A DNA stretch of 62,539 bases, the filler included, from Gemmatimonadota bacterium (lineage in GTDB: Bacteria > 4572-55 > J002): NCBI GenBank assembly GCA_003697105.1. It is 6 parts of 6 records of this genome, joined end to end, with 100 filler letters (N's around TTAATTAATTAA, not from the genome) between each part and the next. Parts side by side here need not be neighbours in the genome. Positions count along the whole stretch, not along the records: positions 28,707 to 46,277 come from RFFQ01000118.1; positions 46,378 to 53,198 come from RFFQ01000119.1; 4 more parts are not named here. One strand, 5' to 3'. Numbering within the stretch: position 1 is the first letter of the stretch; each line of letters begins with the position of its first letter. Of the stretch, positions 39,508 through 49,082 are shown in pieces. The notes under the pieces were generated by a model. That model was not told the DNA's origin. It saw only the letters and a list, made by a program, of their open reading frames with translations, and searched no databases. Made by a program: the position numbers and the translations under genes.

Positions 39508-41052
39508 TTAGTTAAAGAAAATCTGGGTATGGGGCAGGCGTTTTTTCAGATCATGCTGGGTGGCAGATGAGACCGTGCCATTCCAGTCCAGATAAAGAAT
39601 TTTAAGATTTTTTAGGTTGGTAACTTCTTTCGGAACTCCATCGACCCCATTGACCTCCAGATGAAGAACTTCCAAATTTTGAAGTTGACCGAATGATGGT
39701 GGGATTTCCAACACACCATTTCCCTGCAAATTCAAATTGCGGAGATTGGTCAGTTGCCCCATCTCTGCCGGTAAGCTTACTAACGAATTTTGGGACAAAT
39801 CTAAATCCGTGAGATTCTGTAATTGACCAATGGACGCCGGAAGTGCCTCTAGCCCGTTGCCCGCCAGATTCAGTGACCGTAGATTTCTCAGATTGCCCAA
39901 CGCCTCTGGAAAAACCCGCAGACCATTTCCCGAAAGGTCTAGTTTTTCCAAACCGTACAACTGACCCATTTCTGGAGGAAGATAGGTTAGCCCATTATGT
40001 GCCAGATCAAGCCATTTTAAGTTTCGTAACTCACCGATACCGCAAGAGATTGCATTTAACGCATTGCTAGAGAGATCAAGCAGTACCAGATTATCCCAAT
40101 ATCGAATCGCCGGCGGCAATGTTAATAGCTGATTTTCCGAGAGATCAAGACGTTCCAAGCTGTGCAACCGGCTTACCGGTGCCCACTGGGCAGGCGGACG
40201 TTGGCTTTTGATGTCGCTCATTATATCATTGGAGCTACAACAACTCCCGCCATAAGGTGCTATGCCAAAACAGAGTCCCGCACTCAACTTATCCGCAATG
40301 AGCCAGAGTTCGGTTTCCGTAAAGGTTAAATCTTCATAGGGTTGTCCCGTCAATTTTGCTTGTACTTTATCGACCAAATGGTTGGGTACTGCCCAGGGAT
40401 CATCCGTTTCCAAACGTTCCATGATGATCTGAGCACCCGTTTCAGACATGGGTTCGTAGTCATGGGTTTCCCAATTCATCAAGCGAGGGAATAAATTTTT
40501 GAAGAAATTCAGGCATCCCCCCACAATCCCCTTGTCCGGGGGACGTAACCGCATCCTGAGCTTACGAGCGGTATTGCCGGAGATCTTTTTTTGGTATCCC
40601 TGCGCTTTCAGCTTGTGGATTACCATCTCCACATCGGCACATCCCCGGTGCCAGCCCGTTGGATTATCGGCGCGGAGCACATCCATCACATCACCAATCA
40701 GCAGGCAGTCCAGCGCCGGAGGTTCCGAAAATAGTTTCTGACGAATTTCCTGCTTTTCAAACGCTTCAAAATCGGAAATCCGGGCAAACAGGGTATCCTC
40801 AATTTGAGGAAAGCGATAGGTTAACGTGGCTAAATTTGTAAGCTGGTTTCCCGACAGATCAAGCTCCGCAAGCTTGGAAAAATGATCAATATTCCCATCC
40901 AAGACCCCCAGCCCACAATTGCTTAAATCAATGACTGTCGCATCTGATGGAAAGCGCCCTAGATTACACCGATCTACACTTTGAGCACACCCCACAAGTA
41001 GCCCTACCACCAAACCCAGTACCATTACTCTGGCACACCATCGTGACATCAT
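39508..41052 (-). CDS. Leucine-rich-repeat lipoprotein with a large non-LRR insert
   Basis: AAGGAGG RBS before ATG 41052; lipobox LLVGC; LxxLxLxxNxLxxLP repeats before and after a ~230-aa insert. Confidence 0.88.
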   Translation of the reverse strand: MMSRWCARVMVLGLVVGLLVGCAQSVDRCNLGRFPSDATVIDLSNCGLGVLDGNIDHFSKLAELDLSGNQLTNLATLTYRFPQIEDTLFARISDFEAFEKQEIRQKLFSEPPALDCLLIGDVMDVLRADNPTGWHRGCADVEMVIHKLKAQGYQKKISGNTARKLRMRLRPPDKGIVGGCLNFFKNLFPRLMNWETHDYEPMSETGAQIIMERLETDDPWAVPNHLVDKVQAKLTGQPYEDLTFTETELWLIADKLSAGLCFGIAPYGGSCCSSNDIMSDIKSQRPPAQWAPVSRLHSLERLDLSENQLLTLPPAIRYWDNLVLLDLSSNALNAISCGIGELRNLKWLDLAHNGLTYLPPEMGQLYGLEKLDLSGNGLRVFPEALGNLRNLRSLNLAGNGLEALPASIGQLQNLTDLDLSQNSLVSLPAEMGQLTNLRNLNLQGNGVLEIPPSFGQLQNLEVLHLEVNGVDGVPKEVTNLKNLKILYLDWNGTVSSATQHDLKKRLPHTQIFFN

Positions 41053-41274
41053 TCGTTTATCCTCCTTGGGAATTGCCCCTAAAACAGAATCGCTTAAAAG
41101 TATGATTTTACAAATTTTATCATAGATTATCGTTTTATTCAACAAAAATATGACGGCTGCGGGATGGATTTCTGGAGGCGAACGCCTTCCCTGCCACCCA
41201 CACGGAAATTGAAAAATATAGCAGAGGTAACGTAGTGAAAATAAAAACATTATGCCTTTGACCCGTCGGAAAGT

Positions 41275-43336
41275 GTGGAGGCGCGGGTCAACGGGTTTTT
41301 GTCCAATTTAGGGCAAGGTGTGCTATTGGTCGGAATTGTTGTCTTGCTCTCGGTAGGGTTGCGGGCATCCATAATCGTGATGCTGGCAATTCCGCTTCCA
41401 CTCATCATCGGAATCGGCTTTGTGGATAAAGCCGGGTTTGGCTTACAGCAAATGTCGATTGTGGGGCTGGTGATCGCGCTCGGTTTATTGGTTGATAACG
41501 CGATTGTGGTAACCGAAAACGTGAGCCGTTTCCTGAAAAAGGGGCGCTCTCAAGTGGACACGGCAATGGAGGGCACCTCACAGATTGGCTGGGCGATTGT
41601 CAGTTCCACCGTGACGACTGTGCTGGCGTTCATCCCCATTATTTTCATGCCGGATGAAACCGGAGATTTCATTCGCGGTATGCCGGTGACGGTCGTCTTC
41701 ACGTTGAGCGCGTCATTGTTGCTTGCCCTTACCCTGACGCCCTATTTGTCCAGCCGGATCCTAAAATATAAGGAAGGGCAACGGATAAGTCCGGTTCAAC
41801 ACCTGCTTAATTGGGTCATTGAAAAGCCTTACCGGGCAACGCTCCGGATCGCTTTGCGGCTCCCGTGGATGATTGTGGTATTCGCACTGATTACCTTTGC
41901 CGGCAGTTTGGCATTGTTCCCGCTGGTTGGCATTTCCTTTTTCCCGAAGGCGGAAAAACCCCAGTTCTACATCAACATTACCACCCCCAACGGATCGAGT
42001 TTAGATAAAACGGATCACGTTGTGCAAGTGGTGGAGGCCGAACTGGCAAAAATGGATGAAATCAAGCACTGGTCGGCAAACATTGGGCGTAGTAACCCGC
42101 GAATTTACTACGGACTCATCCCCAAACACAAAACCCCCACCCATGCCCAAATTTTTGTCGAATTGAAAAACCGGAAATTGGAACAATGGCACAGGCGGTA
42201 AACCATTTACGCCAAAAATTCCAGGAGTACCCCGGCGCACAAATCGCCATCAAAGAGTTTGAACAAGGTCCGCCCGTGGAAGCACCCATTGAAATCCGTT
42301 TGATGGGTGACAACCTCCCCGAATTGACCCGCATCGCGAAAGATACGGAACGCATCTTCCGCAAAACGGCGGGAACGATCAATATCGATAACCCGTTGCG
42401 CACCTCCAAAACCGATTTACGGGTGAATATCAACCGGGAGAAAGCAGGACTATTGGGTGTCCCCCTGATTGACATTGATCGCACTGTCCGCATGGCGATT
42501 GCCGGTCTGCCAGTCGCCACCTACCGCGAACCAAAGGTGATGAACATCCGATTGTGATGCGCCTGCCATTTGTTGAAGGCGAACCGAAAATCGAAGATTT
42601 TAACCGTATTTATGTGCGTTCCATGACAGGAGCACAAATTCCGCTGAACCAACTGGCGAGCATTGAATTTAAAGCCAGCCCTAGCAAAATCGATCACCGA
42701 AATTTGGATCGGACAGTGTCCATCACCGCCGATGTGCAGGCGGGCTATTTGGTCGATGATGTCACCCGCGAGATTGTTACCCAATTGGAGGCGTACGAGT
42801 TTCCGCCGGGCACCCGATTTTCGGTCGGGGGGGTGGTGGAAACCCGCGAGGAATCTTTTGGCGGGATGGGGCAAGCCTCAATCATTGCCCTGATTGCTAT
42901 TTTCGGCGTGTTGGTGCTTCAATTCCGGTCATTTCTTCAACCCCTGATCGTCTTTGCCGCGATTCCGTTGGCTGTTATTGGGTCGATCTTGGCGCTCTTC
43001 TTGACCGGTAACCAATTTTCGTTTATGGCGTTTGTCGGGTTGACCAGCTTAATTGGTATTGTGATCAATAACTCCATCATCCTGGTCGATTATACCAACC
43101 AATTACGGGCGGAAGGTAAATCAATTCAAACGGTATTGAAAGAAGCCGGTGAGACCCGTTTCACACCGATCATCTTGACCACGGCGACCACCATTGGCGG
43201 CTTGCTACCCTTGACCCTTAGCGGCGGGACTCTTTGGGCACCTCTCGGTTGGACTATCATCGGCGGTTTGATGATGTCCACATTTTTGACATTGATTGTC
43301 GTCCCTGTTTTGTATATTTTGATGACCCGTGAATGA
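41275..43336 (+). pseudogene. AcrB/RND efflux permease, 5'-truncated with two frameshifts
   Basis: GLLVDNAIVV-EN, GPPV, INNSIILVD, RFTPIILT in three successive frames (41275-42201, 42186-42557, 42554-43336); first periplasmic domain absent. Confidence 0.85.
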
Positions 43337-43379
43337 GTCGCACTTCCTCCCCGTAGCACATTCCATATGAGACCCTCTT

Positions 43380-44666
43380 ATGTCCCGAGCGATTGATTAT
43401 ACTGCCAAATTTGAGCACTTGCGACAGCAACCGCTTTTTCAAAAACTGGATACCGATCAGCAACAGGCATTGAAACGGATTGCTTTTGAATATCGATTGA
43501 CTTTTCAGGAATTTCGGACATTGGTAGAAGCCAGCCGCGATTTGCGTATGTGGGGCGAACCTGACCTTGACCAGTGGTGGCGGGAGCAAGAGGCACAATC
43601 CTCCCTAAAAAAAGCGCAACTCAAAGTGTACCTATTCCAGCAGTTGCGGGAGTATTTGGATGCGTTAAAATCGAAACCCGCCCGTTATCCAGCCCACCCC
43701 CTCCCACCTCCCCAACGGGAGCGCTCACGGTCGATCCGCCGGGAAGAGAGCGATAAAGCCATCATGGGTATGTGTCCGGTAGCCTCCCCGCAGACGGTCT
43801 GTTGCAACCTGCGCACAATCGATGTTGTTGAAAATTGCCCTTTGGGTTGCAGTTATTGCATCATTCAGACGTTCTATCAGGAAAATATCCGATTTGACGC
43901 GGCGTTTGCGGAAAAATTAAAGCGGCTTGAGCTGGATCCGCACCGGTTTTACCATATCGGAACGGGACAATCTTCTGATTCGCTCCTGTGGGACAACCGG
44001 TATGGTGTTTTGGAAGCGATTTGCCAATTTGCGGCGGATCATCCCCATGTTTTGATGGAACTCAAAACCAAATCGGATCAAATCCGGTATATGCTGGAAA
44101 ACGAAATACCACCGAATGTTGTATGCAGTTGGTCGCTCAACACTCCAACGATTATCGAGAATGAAGAACACTTTACCGCCAGTTTGGAGCGCCGTCTGGC
44201 AGCCGCACGTGCCGTAGCGGATAAGGGCATCCGGGTTGGGTTTCACTTCCACCCGATGATTCATTACGCCGGCTGGGAGGTGGAGTATCCGGCGGTTGCG
44301 CAACGACTGATCGATCAGTTTCATCCGGCGGAGGTGGTCTTTATCTCGTTTGGGAGCTTGACCCTCATCAAGCCGGCAGTCAAGGCAATCCGGGAACAAG
44401 GAAACCCGACTAAAATCTTACAAACTCAGTTCAGCACCGACCCGCTGGGGAAACTGACCTATTCCGACGAGATAAAAATCGCGTTATTCCGTACGCTGTA
44501 TCAGGCATTTACGCCATGGCAGGAGGAGGTCTTTTTTTATCTTTGCATGGAAAAAGCATCGATTTGGAAGGCACTGTTCGGCACTGTATATGAATCCAAC
44601 GAGCAGTTTGAGCAAGAATTTGGCAGACATACGTTGAAAAAAATAAAAGTATCATCTTTGATTTGA
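43380..44666 (+). CDS. Spore photoproduct lyase (SplB)-like radical SAM protein
   Basis: NCPLGCSYC CxxxCxxC, IGTGQSSDSL, ELKTKS, WSLN…E-TASL-RL-AA, GFHFHP. Confidence 0.82.
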   Translation: MSRAIDYTAKFEHLRQQPLFQKLDTDQQQALKRIAFEYRLTFQEFRTLVEASRDLRMWGEPDLDQWWREQEAQSSLKKAQLKVYLFQQLREYLDALKSKPARYPAHPLPPPQRERSRSIRREESDKAIMGMCPVASPQTVCCNLRTIDVVENCPLGCSYCIIQTFYQENIRFDAAFAEKLKRLELDPHRFYHIGTGQSSDSLLWDNRYGVLEAICQFAADHPHVLMELKTKSDQIRYMLENEIPPNVVCSWSLNTPTIIENEEHFTASLERRLAAARAVADKGIRVGFHFHPMIHYAGWEVEYPAVAQRLIDQFHPAEVVFISFGSLTLIKPAVKAIREQGNPTKILQTQFSTDPLGKLTYSDEIKIALFRTLYQAFTPWQEEVFFYLCMEKASIWKALFGTVYESNEQFEQEFGRHTLKKIKVSSLI

Positions 44667-44762
44667 AGTCCCTTGACCGGAGACCGGATGGCGGCGAACA
44701 TCGCAGTTCCTCAATATGAAGGTTCTCCCCCTTGAATGCTCCGGCGGTTTCCATCATTTCTA

Positions 44763-44791
44763 TTGACAACAGCCTCCTTTTTTGGTACAGT
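44763..44791 (+). promoter_or_regulatory. Sigma70-type promoter of the 4Fe-4S protein
   Basis: TTGACA-17 nt-TACAGT with TGn extension; AAGGAGG RBS downstream. Confidence 0.6.
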
Positions 44792-44836
44792 CTAATCATA
44801 GATGCTCTTATCCACAATTTATAAAAAGGAGGTTGC

Positions 44837-46135
44837 ATGGCACATCTCACCGTTCGATCCGGTTATAAAAAGTTGACGGAGCGTTTGAACCGGTTTCCAC
44901 AAGGTGCTCCCCCAAGTAAACTCCTCTACCAAATTTTGCAAATGCTCTTTTCGGAGCAGGAAGCGCAGTATGTCTCGTTACTCCCGATCAAACCTTTTGG
45001 GGTAAAAACGGCTGCAAAACTTTGGAAACTCTCCCAAGCCGAAGCCCAAACCATCTTAGATAACCTAGCCAGTCGTGGCATTTTGGTTGATTTGGAAATG
45101 CCGGATGGTCATCAAAGTTATTCCTTACCCCCGCCGATGGCGGGTTTTTTTGAGTTTTCGATGATGCGTCTTCGCACGGATATTGATCAACATCTGTTGG
45201 CTGAGTTATTTTACCAGTATTTGAATGTGGAAGAGGATTTCATCAAAGCCTTGTTCACCCACGGTGAGACACAATTAGGACGCACGTTTGTCAACGAGGC
45301 GGCATTGACGCCAGAAAACAGTTTGCACGTGTTAGATTACGAACGCGCCAGTGAAGTCATCCGGACGGCAAGCCATCGTGCCGTTGGGATGTGCTACTGC
45401 CGCCACAAAATGGAGCACAAAGGGCAAGCTTGCGATGCACCGATGAATATCTGTATGACCTTCAACGCAACCGGCGCGTCTTTAATCAAACATGGAATTG
45501 CCCGGGAGGTGGATGTGCCGGAATGCCTTGATTTGCTGGAGCAAGCTTACGATCACAATCTGGTGCAGTTTGGGGAAAATGTGCGGGAAGGTGTCAATTT
45601 CATCTGTAATTGTTGTGGCTGTTGTTGTGAGGCGATGATCGCACAACGGCGGTTCAGCGTGCTTCACCCCGTTCATACGACGAATTTTCTACCGGAGATT
45701 GATAAAGATGTCTGCAACGGTTGTGGCAAATGTGTCACGGTTTGTCCGGTGGAAGCAATGACGTTGGTTTCTGCAAATGATCCCCATCGACCTAAACGAA
45801 AAACAGCCCGGCTAAATGCGGATATTTGCCTTGGCTGTGGGGTTTGTGTGCGGCAATGTACCCGTGAGGCACTTCAGCTAAAGGAGCGGGAACAACGCGT
45901 TATTACCCCTCTAAACGGTGCTCACAAAGCGGTAGTGATGGCTATCGAACGCGGGAAATTACAACATTTGATTTTTGATAATCAAGCACAATGGAATCAC
46001 CGGGCAATGGCGGCAATTTTGGGGGTAATCCTCAAACTGCCGCCCGTAAAGCAAATATTAGCCACTCAACAAGTAAAATCTCGTTATCTGGAGTATCTCG
46101 TCTCCAAAATGAGTGAGAATGCCCGGCACGAGTGA
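44837..46135 (+). CDS. 4Fe-4S dicluster-binding protein with N-terminal wHTH-like region
   Basis: CYCRH, ICNCCGCCC, CNGCGKCVTVCP, CLGCGVCVRQC. Confidence 0.88.
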   Translation: MAHLTVRSGYKKLTERLNRFPQGAPPSKLLYQILQMLFSEQEAQYVSLLPIKPFGVKTAAKLWKLSQAEAQTILDNLASRGILVDLEMPDGHQSYSLPPPMAGFFEFSMMRLRTDIDQHLLAELFYQYLNVEEDFIKALFTHGETQLGRTFVNEAALTPENSLHVLDYERASEVIRTASHRAVGMCYCRHKMEHKGQACDAPMNICMTFNATGASLIKHGIAREVDVPECLDLLEQAYDHNLVQFGENVREGVNFICNCCGCCCEAMIAQRRFSVLHPVHTTNFLPEIDKDVCNGCGKCVTVCPVEAMTLVSANDPHRPKRKTARLNADICLGCGVCVRQCTREALQLKEREQRVITPLNGAHKAVVMAIERGKLQHLIFDNQAQWNHRAMAAILGVILKLPPVKQILATQQVKSRYLEYLVSKMSENARHE

Positions 46136-46176
46136 ACTACGAGTGAACTACAAAAGATGGAGTGCGATTATAGAGC

Positions 46177-46209
46177 ATGACAGCCAGTCTTCCATGGACT
46201 GGCTGTCAT
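46177..46209. terminator. Strong hairpin downstream of the 4Fe-4S gene
   Basis: ATGACAGCCAGTC…GACTGGCTGTCAT 13-bp perfect stem; no U-tract. Confidence 0.5.
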
Positions 46210-46277
46210 CGTAAACCGAAAATTAAGTGTACGGTGGCAAACAAACCGTCATTTGATCCAGACGGTCTTGATATTCA

Positions 46278-46377
46278 NNNNNNNNNNNNNNNNNNNNNNN
46301 NNNNNNNNNNNNNNNNNNNNNTTAATTAATTAANNNNNNNNNNNNNNNNNNNNNNNNNNNNNNNNNNNNNNNNNNNN
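46278..46377. other. Artificial contig spacer
   Basis: N-run + TTAATTAATTAA + N-run. Confidence 0.99.
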
Positions 46378-46668
46378 CATTTGATGACGCATCACAAAGA
46401 GCAATTTCAATCGATCTCGGAATTGCAAGAGGCGTTGGATACCTTTGTCGAGTACTATAATTGGTATCGGGGACACAGCGCGATCTCTTACCATACGCCC
46501 GAAAGTGTTTATGCCGGATATCAGCCCAAACGATACCGATTAGGTGCCTTACCGGCGACCGGCATCCTGCTGGGACATCTCTCAGGGCTAGAAGGAAAAA
46601 GAAAAGAACCACCACCAATTGTCGATCAAGACTTTAGAAAAGGGCATCTGGCACTTGTGACGGTCTAA
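46378..46668 (+). mobile_element. 3' end of a DDE integrase-core transposase (IS3/IS481-like)
   Basis: F-S-xELQEAL-xFVEYYN-xRGHSAI-YHTP motif; at contig start. Confidence 0.78.
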
Positions 46669-46896
46669 AATTCTCACAGGTCAGGTGATAGAACACTGCC
46701 GGTACAATAACCAACAATTGGCGAAACGTCGTGCTACCCAAACAACAATACAAACAATCTAATAACGCCGAATTATAGCAATGAATGAAAATAGAAAGTC
46801 AATCATGCTATAATGTAAAGAGAATATCAGGTCACCTCAAATTTTGGCGAAGGTATTGTTATTATAATTCGTATATTTCGCATGGTAAACCTCAGA

Positions 46897-47535
46897 TTAG
46901 GGTTGTAATGCCCGCTCGACAAACTCAAAAAATTCCGTGATCATGGTTTCCGGTTCTGTGCTGTGTTTTCCGCGCAAAGTTTCGGATTTGATCGAGGCCA
47001 CTTGAAAAACACCCGATGCCGCACCCCACAGCACTAATGCCGTCCGGTGCGGGTCAATATCAGCCCGAATGGAACCATCGGAAATACCCAATTCAATCGC
47101 ATTCTGCACCAAACACGTGCCGCGCTCGGCACTTTGGTAGCAGGCTTGCACAATCTCACTACCGGAATCTTCCGGGTCAAGTTGGTGGCGCTGAAAATAG
47201 TGTAATATATTAAAGTAATCGGGGTAATCCTGATAAAATTTTAAGTAAGCTTCCCCAATTGCCCGGACCTGATCGAGTCCTCGCGTGACTGCGGACATCC
47301 CCGTTACAAAGAGGTTCGTCATAATATCAAATCCCCGCAGTAAAATAGCTAAATAAAGTTCTTCTTTACTTTTAAAATAGAGATAAAGTGTACCTTTGCT
47401 GAGTTCTGCCACGGCGGCGACTTCATCCATCGTGGCATTTTGCCAGCCTTTTTTGAAAAAGACCTGCTCTGCCGCATCGATGATGTCATTGCGGCGTTGT
47501 TCTTTTTCCCGTTCTCGACGTTCCGCGATGCCCAT
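46897..47535 (-). CDS. TetR/AcrR family transcriptional regulator
   Basis: IIDAAEQVF…ATMDEVA-AELSKGTLYLYFKSKEEL. Confidence 0.95.
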   Translation of the reverse strand: MGIAERREREKEQRRNDIIDAAEQVFFKKGWQNATMDEVAAVAELSKGTLYLYFKSKEELYLAILLRGFDIMTNLFVTGMSAVTRGLDQVRAIGEAYLKFYQDYPDYFNILHYFQRHQLDPEDSGSEIVQACYQSAERGTCLVQNAIELGISDGSIRADIDPHRTALVLWGAASGVFQVASIKSETLRGKHSTEPETMITEFFEFVERALQP

Positions 47536-47573
47536 GATTAACCTTCCTTTAGTTAATAGATATTATTCAATAA

Positions 47574-47590
47574 AATGACTTTCAGTCATT
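47574..47590. promoter_or_regulatory. Putative TetR operator
   Basis: AATGACT-TTC-AGTCATT perfect 7-3-7 inverted repeat 39 nt upstream of tetR. Confidence 0.65.
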
Positions 47591-47820
47591 AAGTGAATTA
47601 TAGATAATCAATGAACCGCTACCTGTCAATAGCCAAATTCAACTCTCCGAATTAAAATGTGATAAAAGTAATACATAACGTTTTATTTTTCAATAGGTTA
47701 AATTGATTTTGTAAAAATTAAACTTGACATTTGCGCCGTATCGGGCTAATTCTTATGCCTTTTTAGGAACAATACACCGGCCAAATACAAATTAATACAT
47801 TAAAAATCAAGAGGTTAGAT

Positions 47821-48627
47821 ATGAAGCTCAAGAGGATACTTTTATTGATAATCCTTGCGGGTGGATGGCATTTCGTACTGGAATCGCTCGCGGCGGAGGA
47901 GAACTCCCTTCAGACCGGGCGAGATGTATTTGAAGCGATGGAAGCCCGGCAAGCATTTACTGATGAATCCGCCACCCTAACGATGGAATTAATAAATGCC
48001 AAAGGGCAAGTTCGCACCCGAAAAATGGAATCTTACAGTATGGAAGATGAAAACGGTTTGAAAAAATCGATGATCATTTTTACCTATCCGGCGGATGTAA
48101 AAGGGATGGGGCTGCTCACACTTGAAAATGAAACGGGCGATACGGATCAATGGCTCTATTTACCCCGTTCCAAAAAAGAACGACGGATTGTTTCCCGCCA
48201 GAAATCGGAATCCTTTGCCGGGTCTGATTTCAATTATGAAGATTTGGAAATCCGGGATATTGACGATAATACGTACACGTTGGTGGGTCAGAAGCAAATC
48301 GCGGATCGAAATTGTTTCCAAATAGAAGTCATACCCAAACCTGAAGTGAAAAGCGCCTACAGCAAGCAAATTTGTTGGATTGATAGCGAACGGCTGGTTA
48401 TGCTCAAATGTGAATTTTATGACCATGATAACCATCATTTTAAAACCCTGACGGCATCCGATGTGCGCTTGGTCTCCAACACCACAGACCGCTGGCGAGC
48501 CTACCGGGTTGTGATGGAAGACCATACGGATCATCACCGCACCGTACTTACAATGGAAAATCTTCGGGTGAATAGCGGCTTAACTGCCGGGCAATTCACC
48601 TTACGGTATCTAAAACGGCAACATTAG
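47821..48627 (+). CDS. Outer-membrane lipoprotein-sorting (LolA-like) protein
   Basis: F-YPADVKG-GLL, DQWLYLP…RRI, FAGSDF-YEDL, YSK…WID…EFYD…KTL; signal peptide. Confidence 0.88.
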   Translation: MKLKRILLLIILAGGWHFVLESLAAEENSLQTGRDVFEAMEARQAFTDESATLTMELINAKGQVRTRKMESYSMEDENGLKKSMIIFTYPADVKGMGLLTLENETGDTDQWLYLPRSKKERRIVSRQKSESFAGSDFNYEDLEIRDIDDNTYTLVGQKQIADRNCFQIEVIPKPEVKSAYSKQICWIDSERLVMLKCEFYDHDNHHFKTLTASDVRLVSNTTDRWRAYRVVMEDHTDHHRTVLTMENLRVNSGLTAGQFTLRYLKRQH

Positions 48628-48747
48628 ATAATCCACTGAAAACAAATAAGATAAGCGGTTTACGCTTAACATTGCTATTGACATCCTAACCGGAATATAC
48701 TAATTTGGTGCGACATTCAAATCCAAAATTTTACCGGGAAGATATTC

Positions 48748-49056
48748 ATGTGGAAACTCTTTTTACCTCTGGTTTTAGCCGTCGGTTTTATCATAGGGTC
48801 TTTTATTTGGCTCAACGGCAATGACCGCATCATCATTTACTTTTTTCAGATGCAATCCCCACCTATTTCGGTGGGAATGGCACTGATGCTGGCTTTTTTT
48901 GCCGGAGTTGTGGTGATGTATATCTGGAGTACCATTGCCGAATTAAATATGCGAAACCAACTCCGCCGGATACAGAAAGAAAAACAAGCTCTACTACGCG
49001 AAATTGAGCGGCTTTCTGCGCTACCGGAAGCAGAGAACGGGGTTGGTTCGGATTAG
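48748..49056 (+). CDS. LapA-family (DUF1049) membrane protein
   Basis: TM-N…F…-TM followed by basic coiled coil. Confidence 0.72.
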   Translation: MWKLFLPLVLAVGFIIGSFIWLNGNDRIIIYFFQMQSPPISVGMALMLAFFAGVVVMYIWSTIAELNMRNQLRRIQKEKQALLREIERLSALPEAENGVGSD

Positions 49057-49082
49057 TTCATTTTAGTTGGAGGTTCACCTGC

